Shown here: positions 25,686-37,078 of the stretch, one piece after another
Layout: every line of letters begins with the position of its first letter
Numbering within the stretch: the first letter of the stretch is position 1
DNA from: Escherichia coli
Lineage (GTDB): Bacteria > Pseudomonadota > Gammaproteobacteria > Enterobacterales > Enterobacteriaceae
DNA length: 64,000 bases
Direction: 5' to 3' (one strand)
Assembly (NCBI RefSeq): GCF_965641715.1
Contig: NZ_OZ282453.1
Made by a program: the position numbers and the translations under genes
Notes under the pieces: model-generated
Told to the model about the DNA's origin: nothing
Databases searched by the model: none
Seen by the model: the letters and a program-made list of their open reading frames with translations, nothing else

Positions 25686-26615
25686 ATGAAACCACTGCTG
25701 GATGTGTTGATGATCCTCGATGCCTTAGAAAAAGAAGGCAGTTTTGCGGCGGCGTCGGCCAAACTCTACAAGACGCCGTCCGCTCTGAGTTACACCGTTC
25801 ACAAGCTGGAAAGCGACCTTAATATTCAATTGCTTGATCGTAGCGGTCACCGCGCTAAATTCACCCGTACCGGAAAAATGTTATTAGAGAAGGGGCGGGA
25901 AGTTCTGCATACCGTGCGAGAACTGGAAAAGCAGGCGATCAAACTGCATGAAGGCTGGGAAAACGAGCTGGTGATTGGCGTGGACGACACGTTTCCTTTT
26001 TCTCTGCTTGCGCCACTGATTGAAGCTTTTTATCAACATCATAGCGTGACGCGCCTGAAGTTTATCAATGGCGTACTCGGTGGTTCCTGGGATGCCCTGA
26101 CTCAGGGGCGAGCGGATATTATTGTTGGCGCGATGCATGAGCCACCATCTTCCAGTGAGTTTGGTTTCTCGCGGTTGGGCGATCTGGAACAAGTCTTTGC
26201 GGTCGCGCCTCATCATCCGTTAGCCCAGGAAGAAGAGCCGTTAAACCGTCGTATCATTAAGCGATATCGGGCGATTGTGGTGGGGGACACTGCGCAGGCA
26301 GGCGCTTCTACGGCCTCACAACTTCTCGACGAACAAGAAGCCATTACCGTTTTCGATTTTAAAACCAAGCTGGAGCTGCAAATTAGCGGCCTCGGCTGCG
26401 GCTATTTACCCCGTTATCTGGCGCAACGTTTTCTCGATAGTGGCGCGTTAATCGAGAAGAAAGTGGTCGCCCAAACTCTCTTTGAACCCGTCTGGATTGG
26501 CTGGAACGAACAGACCGCAGGGCTTGCCAGCGGCTGGTGGCGGGATGAAATTTTAGCAAATAGTGCGATCGCCGGTGTTTATGCAAAATCTGATGACGGA
26601 AAATCAGCCATTTAA
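25686..26615 (+). CDS. yeeY: LysR-family transcriptional regulator YeeY
   Basis: 309 codons from MKPLLDVLMILDALEKEGSFAAAS (LysR HTH); AAGGGGG Shine-Dalgarno 6 nt upstream; ORF track starts 7 codons earlier. Confidence 0.88.
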   Translation: MKPLLDVLMILDALEKEGSFAAASAKLYKTPSALSYTVHKLESDLNIQLLDRSGHRAKFTRTGKMLLEKGREVLHTVRELEKQAIKLHEGWENELVIGVDDTFPFSLLAPLIEAFYQHHSVTRLKFINGVLGGSWDALTQGRADIIVGAMHEPPSSSEFGFSRLGDLEQVFAVAPHHPLAQEEEPLNRRIIKRYRAIVVGDTAQAGASTASQLLDEQEAITVFDFKTKLELQISGLGCGYLPRYLAQRFLDSGALIEKKVVAQTLFEPVWIGWNEQTAGLASGWWRDEILANSAIAGVYAKSDDGKSAI

Positions 26616-26881
26616 AGAAAAATTATTATGACAAGCCTCTCATTCTCTTGTCATTTCCCCCCCATTTAGGCACAATGCGCCGCTGTCAAAAAATGACTAA
26701 AAACCGACGTTTCATCAGCGTCGGTTATTTTTTGCTTCAAACCAATCATTCATACCAAGAGGCCGGGCTTCGTACCGGATAGATATTTACTAAAAATCGA
26801 CAGTTGTTGTCGCTGAGGAATCCAAAAAAATGGGGCAATTTTTTGCTTACGCGACGGTTATCACCGTAAAGGAGAATGACC

Positions 26882-28240
26882 ATGTCGCATAACGTTACTC
26901 CAAACACCTCTCGCGTGGAATTGCGTAAAACGCTTACGTTAGTTCCGGTTGTAATGATGGGTCTTGCCTATATGCAGCCGATGACGCTGTTTGATACTTT
27001 TGGTATCGTTTCAGGCCTCACGGATGGTCATGTGCCGACAGCCTATGCGTTCGCATTGATTGCGATCCTGTTTACGGCTCTGAGCTACGGGAAGCTGGTT
27101 CGCCGCTATCCTTCTGCTGGCTCTGCATACACTTACGCCCAGAAATCCATTAGCCCGACTGTCGGCTTTATGGTGGGTTGGTCTTCTCTGCTCGACTATC
27201 TGTTCGCGCCGATGATCAACATTCTGCTGGCGAAAATCTATTTTGAAGCTCTGGTGCCTTCCATCCCATCGTGGATGTTTGTGGTGGCGCTGGTGGCCTT
27301 TATGACCGCCTTTAACCTGCGTAGTCTGAAATCCGTAGCGAACTTCAACACTGTAATCGTCGTGTTGCAGGTAGTGCTGATCGCGGTGATTCTGGGCATG
27401 GTTGTTTATGGCGTATTTGAAGGTGAAGGCGCTGGTACGCTGGCGAGCACTCGTCCATTCTGGTCTGGCGATGCGCATGTTATCCCGATGATTACCGGGG
27501 CGACAATCCTGTGCTTCTCCTTTACCGGCTTTGACGGCATCAGCAATCTGTCGGAAGAAACCAAAGATGCAGAGCGCGTGATCCCGCGTGCGATTTTCCT
27601 GACCGCGCTGATCGGCGGCATGATCTTCATCTTTGCAACTTACTTCCTGCAGCTGTACTTCCCGGATATCTCTCGCTTTAAAGATCCGGATGCGTCACAG
27701 CCTGAAATCATGCTGTACGTTGCGGGTAAAGCGTTCCAGGTTGGCGCGCTGATCTTCTCCACCATTACCGTACTGGCGTCCGGTATGGCGGCGCATGCAG
27801 GCGTAGCGCGTCTGATGTACGTAATGGGTCGTGACGGCGTATTCCCGAAAAGCTTCTTCGGTTATGTACACCCGAAATGGCGTACTCCGGCGATGAACAT
27901 CATCCTGGTTGGCGCGATTGCCCTGCTGGCAATCAACTTCGACCTGGTAATGGCTACAGCGCTGATTAACTTTGGTGCGTTGGTGGCGTTCACCTTCGTT
28001 AACCTGTCGGTCATCTCGCAGTTCTGGATCCGTGAGAAGCGTAATAAGACGCTGAAAGATCACTTCCAGTATCTGTTCCTGCCGATGTGTGGTGCGCTGA
28101 CTGTTGGTGCGCTGTGGGTTAACCTGGAAGAAAGCTCAATGGTTCTGGGTCTGATCTGGGCTGCTATCGGTCTGATTTACCTGGCTTGCGTCACCAAGAG
28201 CTTCCGTAACCCGGTTCCGCAGTACGAAGACGTAGCATAA
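26882..28240 (+). CDS. plaP: putrescine importer PlaP (APC superfamily)
   Basis: 452 codons from [16 protein letters not shown], 12-TM amino-acid/polyamine permease; AAAGGAGA Shine-Dalgarno is well spaced for this ATG rather than the one 2 codons upstream. Confidence 0.9.
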   Translation: MSHNVTPNTSRVELRKTLTLVPVVMMGLAYMQPMTLFDTFGIVSGLTDGHVPTAYAFALIAILFTALSYGKLVRRYPSAGSAYTYAQKSISPTVGFMVGWSSLLDYLFAPMINILLAKIYFEALVPSIPSWMFVVALVAFMTAFNLRSLKSVANFNTVIVVLQVVLIAVILGMVVYGVFEGEGAGTLASTRPFWSGDAHVIPMITGATILCFSFTGFDGISNLSEETKDAERVIPRAIFLTALIGGMIFIFATYFLQLYFPDISRFKDPDASQPEIMLYVAGKAFQVGALIFSTITVLASGMAAHAGVARLMYVMGRDGVFPKSFFGYVHPKWRTPAMNIILVGAIALLAINFDLVMATALINFGALVAFTFVNLSVISQFWIREKRNKTLKDHFQYLFLPMCGALTVGALWVNLEESSMVLGLIWAAIGLIYLACVTKSFRNPVPQYEDVA

Positions 28241-28418
28241 TCATCTTTTCTAATAATCAACCGGAGTCGAATGAACATTGGGCTCCGGTTTTTTTATTCT
28301 TTTTTATCGAAATCCTCATTAATAACCATTTGTTCTAATTTAGAGAATTTGGTTATTGGTCTGCATTCCACCAGTCATGAATAATTTCCCCATTAACATT
28401 CATCTGGTTAATTAATTT

Positions 28419-29477
28419 ATGTTTTCAATGATATTAAGCGGGCTAATTTGTGGTGCTCTGCTGGGATTTGTCATGCAGCGTGGGCGTTTTTGCCTGACAG
28501 GTGGTTTTCGCGATATGTATATCGCGAAAAATAATCGCATGTTTTACGCCCTGCTGATTGCAATTTCGGTACAAAGCGTGGGGGTTTTTGCGTTAATTCA
28601 GGCGGGCCTACTGACTTACGAAGCCGGGGCGTTCCCGTGGCTTGGTACTGTTATAGGTGGGTATATCTTCGGGCTGGGAATTGTTCTGGCGGGTGGATGT
28701 GCCACCGGGACCTGGTATCGCGCGGGTGAGGGATTGATCGGCAGTTGGATCGCGCTTTTCACTTATATGGTGATGAGTGCGGTGATGCGTTCTCCACATG
28801 CCAGTGGTTTAAATCAAACCTTGCAGCACTACAGTACTGAACATAACTCTATTGCTGAGACTTTTAATTTGTCTGTGTGGCCGTTGGTTGCCGTTTTGCT
28901 GGTGATAACGCTCTGGGTGGTGATGAAAGAGTTGAAGAAGCCAAAACTCAAAGTCGCGACCTTACCGCCGCGCCGAACCGGGATCGCTCATATTCTATTT
29001 GAAAAACGCTGGCATCCCTTTGTCACTGCTGTACTCATCGGTTTGATTGCGCTTTTAGCCTGGCCCCTGAGTGAAGCAACCGGACGCATGTTTGGGTTAG
29101 GAATCACTTCCCCAACGGCCAATATTCTGCAATTTCTGGTCGCAGGTGACGTGAAATACATTAACTGGGGCGTTTTCCTGGTGTTAGGGATCTTCGTGGG
29201 GTCATTTATTGCAGCCAAAGCGAGCCGTGAGTTCCGCGTTCGCGCAGCTGATGCACAAACAACATTACGTAGCGGGTTAGGTGGTGTACTGATGGGCTTC
29301 GGTGCCAGTATTGCAGGTGGTTGCTCTATCGGTAATGGACTGGTTATGACTGCAATGATGACCTGGCAGGGCTGGGTTGGCCTTGTATTTATGATTCTCG
29401 GAGTCTGGACTGCGTCCTGGCTTGTGTATGTTCGACCGCAGCGTAAGGCGCGACTGGCAACTGCTGCGGCAAATTAA
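28419..29477 (+). CDS. yeeE: YeeE/YedE-family inner-membrane thiosulfate transporter
   Basis: 352-aa polytopic membrane protein with duplicated GGCATG/GGCSIG cysteine motifs characteristic of the family. Confidence 0.9.
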   Translation: MFSMILSGLICGALLGFVMQRGRFCLTGGFRDMYIAKNNRMFYALLIAISVQSVGVFALIQAGLLTYEAGAFPWLGTVIGGYIFGLGIVLAGGCATGTWYRAGEGLIGSWIALFTYMVMSAVMRSPHASGLNQTLQHYSTEHNSIAETFNLSVWPLVAVLLVITLWVVMKELKKPKLKVATLPPRRTGIAHILFEKRWHPFVTAVLIGLIALLAWPLSEATGRMFGLGITSPTANILQFLVAGDVKYINWGVFLVLGIFVGSFIAAKASREFRVRAADAQTTLRSGLGGVLMGFGASIAGGCSIGNGLVMTAMMTWQGWVGLVFMILGVWTASWLVYVRPQRKARLATAAAN

Positions 29478-29490
29478 GTAAGGTGTAAAG

Positions 29491-29718
29491 ATGGCGATTA
29501 AAAAGCTGGATGTGGTGACGCAGGTCTGTCCGTTTCCCCTCATAGAAGCAAAAGCAGCACTGGCAGAAATGGCCAGCGGCGATAAGTTGGTAATTGAGTT
29601 TGATTGCACCCAGGCAACTGAAGCAATCCCACAATGGGCGGCAGAAGAAGGACATGCCATCACCGATTATCAGCAGATTGGCGATGCTGCGTGGAGCATC
29701 ACCGTTCAAAAAGCCTGA
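29491..29718 (+). CDS. yeeD: TusA-like sulfurtransferase YeeD
   Basis: 75-aa ORF with the CPxP motif (VCPFP) of TusA-family proteins, immediately downstream of yeeE. Confidence 0.9.
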   Translation: MAIKKLDVVTQVCPFPLIEAKAALAEMASGDKLVIEFDCTQATEAIPQWAAEEGHAITDYQQIGDAAWSITVQKA

Positions 29719-29760
29719 CTCAACATTGTCCTCCGCTGTACCAGCGGCGGAGGCTTCAAA

Positions 29761-31188
29761 TTAGACAATCTCTTCCGCGTACTGCCAAAGCGCTTTTAAC
29801 AGCGCCACTTTTTCTTTATCGTCGGCATACTGCTGCGCCAGCATCTGAATCTCTTCTGCATAGCCTTGTAAAAACTCGGGTGTGAATACCTGGCGGCGGT
29901 GCTCCAGCCAGCGTTGCTGCTCGGCATAATCCAGCGTCCCCGGGAAGTTGCGTGCCCGATAATTGAACAACAGCTTTTCAATCCGTTTATCAACAAAAGT
30001 GATATCCAGTGCCGGTAAATTACGCGGCTCGGTTTCCAGCACAATTTTCATTGCTGCACGATCGGCGTCACTGAAAAAGCCGTTATAAAGCTGTGCATCC
30101 ACGTTATCTGAAGGCGTAAACGGTTCGGCTTCCGCGAATATCGCCACCACTTTTTCGCGCACTTGCGGATTTTCACGCAGAATTTTCAGGTTATCGAGGC
30201 AATGCTGACGATTAATTCCCAGTCGGTCGGCATCTTCCGGGCGTAGCGTATTCGCCTGGGCCAGCACCGGACATTTATTGATATGCACCAGCTTAACCGG
30301 AACGGCGGCGTTATCGCCAAGATCGGCTTTTGCGGTATATAAACGCTCGCGCAATGTGTCGCTATCCAGTTCCAGTAATGGCGAAATGTCTCCTGCCAAA
30401 TCCACCATAATTACGGCATTGCGATTTTCAGGATGCCACGCCAGCGGTGCCACCCAGCTGGTATTGCCGCGCCATGCCCCAAACATTCCGGAAACGTGAA
30501 CCAGGGGTTTCATCTGCGGAACATCAATCAACGCCATCAGTTTGTGTTTATTGCGATGGGTAAAGAGATAATCAAACAGACGTGGCTGACGCGTTTTTAC
30601 CAGCTTTGCCATCGCAATAGTGGCGTACACATCAGCCATCGCATCGTGGGCGTTGCTATGTTCAATACCATTCGCTTTGGTTAAATGCTCAAGGCGAAAG
30701 CTCGGTAGACCGTCATCATTTTCAGGCCAGTTTATTCCTTCCGGGCGCAGGGCATAACAGGCACGCATAACATCCAGTAAATCCCAGCGCGAGTTATCAT
30801 GCTGCCAGCTCCAGGCGTAAGGATCGTAGAAATTACGATAAAAAATGTTGCGTGTGACTTCGTCGTCGAAACGCACATTGTTGTAGCCCAGAATACAGGT
30901 CTTCGGTACGGTAAAAAGCGAGTGAATACGGGCGGCAAACGCGGCTTCGTTTTCTCCTTTCGCCCGTGCTTCCTGCGGGGTAATACCGGTAATTAATACT
31001 GCTCCTGGCTGGGGTAAATAGTCATCAGCGGGCTTGCAGTAAAAGACTTCGGGTTCGCCGATGACATTGAATTCGCTATCGGTGCGAATGGCTGCGAACT
31101 GTGCAGGGCGATCTAACGCGGGGTGCGTGCCAAAGGTTTCGTAATCGTGAAACAAAAAGGTAGATTGTTGCTTACCGTCATTCATCAT
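29761..31188 (-). CDS. sbcB: exodeoxyribonuclease I
   Basis: 475 codons from MMNDGKQQSTFLFHDYETFGT (DEDDh exonuclease motif); ORF track begins 16 codons upstream. Confidence 0.95.
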   Translation of the reverse strand: MMNDGKQQSTFLFHDYETFGTHPALDRPAQFAAIRTDSEFNVIGEPEVFYCKPADDYLPQPGAVLITGITPQEARAKGENEAAFAARIHSLFTVPKTCILGYNNVRFDDEVTRNIFYRNFYDPYAWSWQHDNSRWDLLDVMRACYALRPEGINWPENDDGLPSFRLEHLTKANGIEHSNAHDAMADVYATIAMAKLVKTRQPRLFDYLFTHRNKHKLMALIDVPQMKPLVHVSGMFGAWRGNTSWVAPLAWHPENRNAVIMVDLAGDISPLLELDSDTLRERLYTAKADLGDNAAVPVKLVHINKCPVLAQANTLRPEDADRLGINRQHCLDNLKILRENPQVREKVVAIFAEAEPFTPSDNVDAQLYNGFFSDADRAAMKIVLETEPRNLPALDITFVDKRIEKLLFNYRARNFPGTLDYAEQQRWLEHRRQVFTPEFLQGYAEEIQMLAQQYADDKEKVALLKALWQYAEEIV

Positions 31189-31396
31189 TAGGTTAAATCC
31201 GTTATTTCTGCTGTCTGCCAGAGTATCAAATATCACCGTGCTAATCAGCTTTAGCGCGATAATTTGACAGCGAGTGGCAACAGATCATGTCAGATAAAAA
31301 TGAGAGGGTAGTCACATTTTCTTGCACTTTATTCCAGCCAGTTCATAAGTATTTCCGTAAAAAGAACAGCTATTTGAAACTCCTGAGGGTTTGCTG

Positions 31397-32563
31397 TTGA
31401 AACGCCGTCTTATTATTGCTGCTTCTTTGTTCGTTTTTAACTTATCGTCTGGTTTTGCGGCGGAAAACATTCCTTTTTCACCTCAGCCTCCAGAGATTCA
31501 TGCCGGGTCCTGGGTACTGATGGATTACACCACCGGACAGATCCTCACCGCGGGTAATGAGCATCAACAGCGCAATCCCGCCAGCCTGACAAAGCTGATG
31601 ACGGGTTATGTCGTGGATCGCGCTATCGATAGTCATCGCATTACGCCAGACGATATTGTCACCGTGGGGCGCGATGCGTGGGCGAAAGATAATCCGGTGT
31701 TTGTCGGTTCTTCACTGATGTTTTTGAAAGAGGGCGATCGCGTATCGGTACGTGATTTAAGCCGTGGTTTAATTGTTGATTCCGGAAATGACGCTTGTGT
31801 TGCTCTGGCTGACTATATTGCCGGTGGGCAACGGCAGTTTGTTGAAATGATGAACAACTATGCCGAGAAGCTGCATCTCAAGGATACGCATTTTGAAACA
31901 GTGCATGGCCTGGATGCGCCAGGTCAGCATAGCTCGGCTTATGATTTAGCTGTGCTTTCTCGTGCTATCATCCACGGCGAGCCCGAGTTTTATCATATGT
32001 ACAGTGAGAAAAGCCTCACCTGGAACGGTATCACCCAGCAAAACCGTAACGGGTTATTGTGGGATAAAACCATGAATGTTGACGGCCTGAAAACGGGTCA
32101 TACTTCTGGTGCCGGGTTTAATCTCATTGCTTCGGCTGTAGATGGGCAGCGTCGTCTCATTGCAGTGGTAATGGGGGCTGACAGTGCAAAAGGTCGTGAG
32201 GAAGAGGCAAGAAAATTACTGCGTTGGGGGCAACAAAACTTTACTACGGTGCAAATTTTGCACCGTGGGAAAAAGGTCGGTACGGAACGCATCTGGTATG
32301 GCGATAAAGAAAATATCGCCCTGGGAACAGAACAAGAGTTCTGGATGGTACTACCGAAAGCCGAAATTCCACATATCAAAGCCAAATATACCCTTGATGG
32401 TAAAGAACTCACCGCGCCAATTAGCGCCCATCAGCGGGTAGGGGAAATTGAACTTTACGACCGTGATAAACAGGTGGCGCACTGGCCGCTGGTTACCCTG
32501 GAATCTGTCGGGGAAGGCGGCATGTTTTCCCGCCTGAGTGATTATTTCCACCATAAGGCCTGA
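31397..32563 (+). CDS. dacD: D-alanyl-D-alanine carboxypeptidase (PBP6b)
   Basis: 388 codons; SxxK active site (ASLTK) and SGN motif present; likely TTG start (MKRRLIIAAS) with GAGGG Shine-Dalgarno 7 nt upstream. Confidence 0.92.
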   Translation: MKRRLIIAASLFVFNLSSGFAAENIPFSPQPPEIHAGSWVLMDYTTGQILTAGNEHQQRNPASLTKLMTGYVVDRAIDSHRITPDDIVTVGRDAWAKDNPVFVGSSLMFLKEGDRVSVRDLSRGLIVDSGNDACVALADYIAGGQRQFVEMMNNYAEKLHLKDTHFETVHGLDAPGQHSSAYDLAVLSRAIIHGEPEFYHMYSEKSLTWNGITQQNRNGLLWDKTMNVDGLKTGHTSGAGFNLIASAVDGQRRLIAVVMGADSAKGREEEARKLLRWGQQNFTTVQILHRGKKVGTERIWYGDKENIALGTEQEFWMVLPKAEIPHIKAKYTLDGKELTAPISAHQRVGEIELYDRDKQVAHWPLVTLESVGEGGMFSRLSDYFHHKA

Positions 32564-32649
32564 CCTTTCTTTTGCAGCAGACTGGCAGGAGTGCGAGTCT
32601 GCTCGCATAATCAACACTCATTCCTTGTGGTTTTAATATTGCAACTATA

Positions 32650-32665
32650 CTGTATATAAAAACAG
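32650..32665 (+). promoter_or_regulatory. LexA (SOS) box upstream of sbmC
   Basis: CTGTATATAAAAACAG is a perfect CTGT-N8-ACAG LexA operator, 17 nt upstream of the sbmC ATG. Confidence 0.85.
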
Positions 32666-32681
32666 TATTAATGGAGGCGTC

Positions 32682-33155
32682 ATGAACTACGAGATTAAGC
32701 AGGAAGATAAACGTACCGTTGCAGGTTTCCATCTCGTTGGCCCGTGGGAACAGACGGTAAAGAAAGGCTTTGAGCAGTTGATGATGTGGGTAGATAGCAA
32801 AAATATTGTGCCGAAGGAGTGGGTTGCTGTCTATTACGACAATCCAGATGAAACACCCGCCGAAAAATTACGCTGCGACACCGTCGTGACGGTGCCGGGT
32901 TACTTTACGCTTCCCGAAAACAGTGAGGGCGTCATTTTGACAGAAATTTCAGGTGGTCAGTATGCGGTGGCGGTAGCTCGTGTAGTCGGTGATGATTTTG
33001 CTAAACCCTGGTATCAGTTCTTTAATAGCCTCTTGCAGGACAGTGCTTATGAAATGTTACCAAAGCCCTGCTTCGAGGTTTATTTGAACAATGGCGCGGA
33101 AGATGGGTACTGGGATATCGAAATGTATGTTGCTGTGCAGCCAAAACATCACTAA
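32682..33155 (+). CDS. sbmC: DNA gyrase inhibitor SbmC (GyrI)
   Basis: 157-aa ORF matching SbmC as recalled ([24 protein letters not shown]...). Confidence 0.95.
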   Translation: MNYEIKQEDKRTVAGFHLVGPWEQTVKKGFEQLMMWVDSKNIVPKEWVAVYYDNPDETPAEKLRCDTVVTVPGYFTLPENSEGVILTEISGGQYAVAVARVVGDDFAKPWYQFFNSLLQDSAYEMLPKPCFEVYLNNGAEDGYWDIEMYVAVQPKHH

Positions 33156-33353
33156 TTCATCTCAGGGCGGTGTGTTAACGCGATGACCACTCTTTTTTTT
33201 GAAAGCGAAAAGAGTAAGATGCGCCTTTCAATTTTTTCGCTCCTGCCGGGAAATTACACTGTTCCCGGTTTGTCCGTCGGATAATTCAGAGGCGCGCCTT
33301 CTGGCCGACAGATGAGTTATGAGCGCTTTTAATCTTCATTACGGAGTTTCTGC

Positions 33354-34412
33354 GTGCGTGCCGATAAGTCATTAAGCCCGTTTGAAATCCGGGTATACCG
33401 CCATTACCGCATTGTGCATGGTACTCGGGTCGCGCTGGCATTCCTGCTCACTTTTCTCATTATCCGCCTGTTTACTATCCCGGAAAGCACCTGGCCGCTG
33501 GTCACCATGGTGGTGATTATGGGGCCAATCTCGTTCTGGGGTAACGTTGTTCCTCGCGCCTTCGAACGTATTGGCGGTACGGTGTTGGGTTCGATTTTAG
33601 GTCTTATCGCTCTGCAACTGGAGTTAATCTCGTTACCGCTGATGTTAGTATGGTGCGCGGCGGCTATGTTTCTTTGCGGTTGGCTGGCGCTGGGCAAGAA
33701 ACCGTATCAAGGTTTATTGATTGGGGTGACGCTGGCAATTGTTGTGGGTTCCCCTACAGGTGAAATTGATACGGCGTTATGGCGAAGCGGCGATGTGATC
33801 CTCGGCTCTTTACTGGCAATGTTGTTTACCGGTATCTGGCCACAACGGGCGTTCATCCACTGGCGTATTCAACTGGCGAAAAGTCTGACCGAGTATAATC
33901 GGGTTTATCAATCTGCATTCTCACCGAACTTACTCGAACGCCCACGTCTGGAAAGCCATCTACAAAAACTCTTGACCGATGCCGTGAAAATGCGTGGGCT
34001 GATTGCGCCCGCCAGCAAAGAAACTCGTATTCCAAAATCGATATATGAAGGTATCCAGACCATTAACCGCAATCTGGTTTGTATGCTGGAGTTGCAAATC
34101 AATGCATACTGGGCCACGCGCCCCAGCCATTTCGTGTTATTGAACGCGCAAAAACTTCGTGATACCCAGCACATGATGCAGCAAATACTGCTGAGCCTTG
34201 TTCATGCGCTGTACGAAGGTAATCCGCAGCCGGTTTTTGCCAATACGGAAAAATTGAACGATGCTGTGGAAGAGCTGCGTCAGTTGCTCAATAACCACCA
34301 TGACCTGAAGGTTGTGGAAACACCAATCTATGGTTATGTGTGGCTGAACATGGAAACGGCGCATCAGCTTGAGTTGCTATCGAATCTGATTTGCCGGGCC
34401 TTGCGCAAATAA
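33354..34412 (+). CDS. yeeA: FUSC-family inner-membrane protein YeeA
   Basis: 352-aa ORF with N-terminal hydrophobic half; GTG start with ACGGAG Shine-Dalgarno 7 nt upstream. Confidence 0.88.
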   Translation: MRADKSLSPFEIRVYRHYRIVHGTRVALAFLLTFLIIRLFTIPESTWPLVTMVVIMGPISFWGNVVPRAFERIGGTVLGSILGLIALQLELISLPLMLVWCAAAMFLCGWLALGKKPYQGLLIGVTLAIVVGSPTGEIDTALWRSGDVILGSLLAMLFTGIWPQRAFIHWRIQLAKSLTEYNRVYQSAFSPNLLERPRLESHLQKLLTDAVKMRGLIAPASKETRIPKSIYEGIQTINRNLVCMLELQINAYWATRPSHFVLLNAQKLRDTQHMMQQILLSLVHALYEGNPQPVFANTEKLNDAVEELRQLLNNHHDLKVVETPIYGYVWLNMETAHQLELLSNLICRALRK

Positions 34413-34583
34413 TTCCTGAACTTCAGAATCATCTTGCTGCTGCTTCGATTCAGCAAGGATAAAGGGTATGATAGTGAAAAGGGATAAAAGCATTGTCATC
34501 TGCGGCAGCTATGAGTAATGTTGGCCCTAACGAATAGCGGTTGCTTAAACGAATCCGACTCTCACATTATCAGGGGTATAAAA

Positions 34584-34913
34584 ATGGAAACTACCAAGCC
34601 TTCATTCCAGGACGTACTGGAATTTGTTCGTCTGTTCCGTCGTAAGAACAAACTGCAACGTGAAATTCAGGACGTTGAGAAAAAGATCCGTGACAACCAG
34701 AAGCGCGTCCTGCTGCTGGACAACCTGAGCGATTACATCAAGCCGGGGATGAGCGTTGAAGCAATCCAGGGCATCATCGCCAGCATGAAAGGTGACTATG
34801 AAGATCGCGTTGACGATTACATTATCAAAAATGCCGAGCTCTCCAAAGAACGCCGCGATATCTCCAAAAAGCTGAAAGCTATGGGCGAAATGAAAAACGG
34901 CGAAGCGAAGTAA
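34584..34913 (+). CDS. yeeX: UPF0265-family protein YeeX
   Basis: 109 codons from [42 protein letters not shown] track begins 22 codons upstream. Confidence 0.9.
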   Translation: METTKPSFQDVLEFVRLFRRKNKLQREIQDVEKKIRDNQKRVLLLDNLSDYIKPGMSVEAIQGIIASMKGDYEDRVDDYIIKNAELSKERRDISKKLKAMGEMKNGEAK

Positions 34914-35013
34914 TTCCTGTTTTATTCAATGAGGGTTGCCCGGCAACCCTCATTGCTCATTGATTCTTTTCTGTGTATCAAAGTCATCATTCCCATCTGA
35001 TAACCTATCGAAA

Positions 35014-35310
35014 TTAGCGACAGACATCTTCTGTATGCAGCAAGGCAAAAAGTTCTGCAACTCCATTGTTATTAACCGCACTGGTTACTAACACGTTGTG
35101 CGCTCCGGCTTCCCGTAACCAACATCTCACCAAAGATATTTGTTCCAAGCTGGCTAAATCTGCTTTGGTTACTACTCCAATGACCGGGCGATTCATTGAC
35201 GAGGTAAAGCCTGGCGAAAAAGGTGACCACGGTGCGTCCGCATTAAGCACCAGCGCGATAATGTCTGCTTCGCAGGCACTGACCAACAATGCACTGTAGA
35301 GGCTGCGGTT
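35014..35310 (-). pseudogene. EutP/PduV-family GTPase remnant (C-terminal part only, in-frame stop upstream)
   Basis: Translation ...[53 protein letters not shown]... carries the G4 TKxD motif and resembles the PduV/EutP C-terminal half; no P-loop region; a TAA sits in frame at 35311..35313. Confidence 0.6.
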
Positions 35311-35781
35311 TTATCCGTGAGGACTGGCAGCAAGATTTCCAGCCTTTTGACGGTGGGCCTGTGCAATCGTTATCAGATGCGTATAGCGATTATTCAGTGC
35401 TGCTATTGATAGCAGCTGAAAGCGAGATATCCGTACCAGAATGGCTCGCTCATTCTGAGGGAACGACGGTAATTTTGATTGCAGAACACAATGCCCGTTT
35501 ACTGACTGGTCCGGCTGGTGGGGCTGTAGCATTAATCCATTATCTGAATGAAATCTGTCATTCCAGAGAAACCGCTGTCAATGACGCATTTTGTCGGACG
35601 TTAACACGAGGAAGTCTGGCTATTCCACAATGCCATCTTCTTTCGTAATGGATTGAGAATGCTGGATTTTTAATTATATTACGCGCAGTATTAATCGTGT
35701 AAATGTTTTGCGGTCAGCAATGGTGGGGGATCCATTGTTCTGTTCAATGAATACCATCATACAATTGAATCAGGAGTCGGT

Positions 35782-36327
35782 ATGATGATTTTGGTGACGG
35801 GGGGCGCACGGAGCGGGAAGAGTCGCCACGCAGAGGCGCTTATTGGGGACTCTTCACCGGTTCTGTATATCGCCACCTCACAAATCCTTGATGATGAGAT
35901 GGCTGCACGGATAGAACATCATCGGCAAGGCCGTCCGGCGCACTGGCGCACGGTGGAGCGTTGGCAACATCTTGATGAATTAATTCATGCAGACATTAAC
36001 CCGCATGAAGCTGTGTTGCTGGAATGCGTTACCACAATGGTGACTAATCTGTTGTTTGATTATGGCGGCGATAAAGACCCTGATGAATGGGATTATCAGG
36101 CGATGGAACAGGCGATTAATGCTGAGATTCAGTCGTTGATTGCTGCCTGCCAACGTTGCCCCGCAAAGGTTGTATTAGTGACTAACGAAGTGGGAATGGG
36201 GATTGTGCCGGAGAGTCGTCTGGCACGACATTTTCGTGATATTGCCGGGCGGGTAAATCAGCAGCTGGCCGCTGCGGCAAATGAAGTGTGGCTGGTGGTT
36301 TCGGGTATTGGAGTAAAAATCAAATGA
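35782..36327 (+). CDS. cobU: adenosylcobinamide kinase / adenosylcobinamide-phosphate guanylyltransferase
   Basis: 181-aa ORF with P-loop GGARSGKS, matching CobU as recalled. Confidence 0.95.
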   Translation: MMILVTGGARSGKSRHAEALIGDSSPVLYIATSQILDDEMAARIEHHRQGRPAHWRTVERWQHLDELIHADINPHEAVLLECVTTMVTNLLFDYGGDKDPDEWDYQAMEQAINAEIQSLIAACQRCPAKVVLVTNEVGMGIVPESRLARHFRDIAGRVNQQLAAAANEVWLVVSGIGVKIK

Positions 36328-37067
36328 GTAAATTATTTTGGGCGATGCTCTCTTTTATTACGCGTCTGCCTGTGCCGCGTCGCTGGTCCCAGGGACTGGA
36401 TTTCGAGCATTATTCTCGCGGTATTATTACTTTTCCTTTAATTGGATTATTGCTTGGCGCGATTAGCGGGCTGGTTTTCATGGTGCTGCAGGCATGGTGT
36501 GGCGTACCACTGGCGGCACTGTTTAGCGTGCTTGTGCTGGCGCTGATGACCGGGGGATTCCACCTGGACGGCCTCGCCGATACCTGTGATGGCGTATTTT
36601 CTGCACGTAGCCGCGATCGCATGTTGGAAATCATGCGTGATAGCCGTTTAGGCACCCACGGCGGTCTGGCATTGATTTTTGTTGTACTGGCAAAGATTCT
36701 GGTGTTAAGCGAGTTGGCTCTGCGTGGCGAACCGATCCTTGCATCGCTGGCGGCAGCATGTGCGGTCAGCCGCGGGACTGCCGCATTATTGATGTATCGT
36801 CATCGTTATGCCCGGGAAGAAGGGCTTGGCAATGTGTTCATTGGCAAAATTGATGGGCGACAAACCTGCGTCACACTCGGCTTGGCCGCTATTTTTGCTG
36901 CCGTATTATTGCCGGGTATGCATGGTGTGGCTGCTATGGTGGTGACGATGGTGGCGATTTTCATCCTCGGTCAGCTTCTCAAACGTACGCTGGGCGGGCA
37001 AACCGGCGATACGCTGGGAGCAGCCATAGAGCTTGGTGAACTGGTCTTCCTGATGGCACTGCTATAA
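36324..37067 (+). CDS. cobS: adenosylcobinamide-GDP ribazoletransferase (cobalamin synthase)
   Basis: 247 codons from [18 protein letters not shown], polytopic membrane protein; ATG overlaps the cobU stop (ATGA). Confidence 0.94.
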   Translation: MSKLFWAMLSFITRLPVPRRWSQGLDFEHYSRGIITFPLIGLLLGAISGLVFMVLQAWCGVPLAALFSVLVLALMTGGFHLDGLADTCDGVFSARSRDRMLEIMRDSRLGTHGGLALIFVVLAKILVLSELALRGEPILASLAAACAVSRGTAALLMYRHRYAREEGLGNVFIGKIDGRQTCVTLGLAAIFAAVLLPGMHGVAAMVVTMVAIFILGQLLKRTLGGQTGDTLGAAIELGELVFLMALL

Positions 37068-37078
37068 AGGGACGTGAC

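Noticed and set aside
35289..35648. 119-codon plus-strand ORF ([12 protein letters not shown]...) between yeeX and cobU
   Set aside because: It overlaps the pduV-like remnant in antisense, has no Shine-Dalgarno sequence and no motif I recognise. It is most likely non-coding, but I cannot exclude a small conserved gene (possibly the K-12 yoeF, whose sequence I cannot recall) without a database search.
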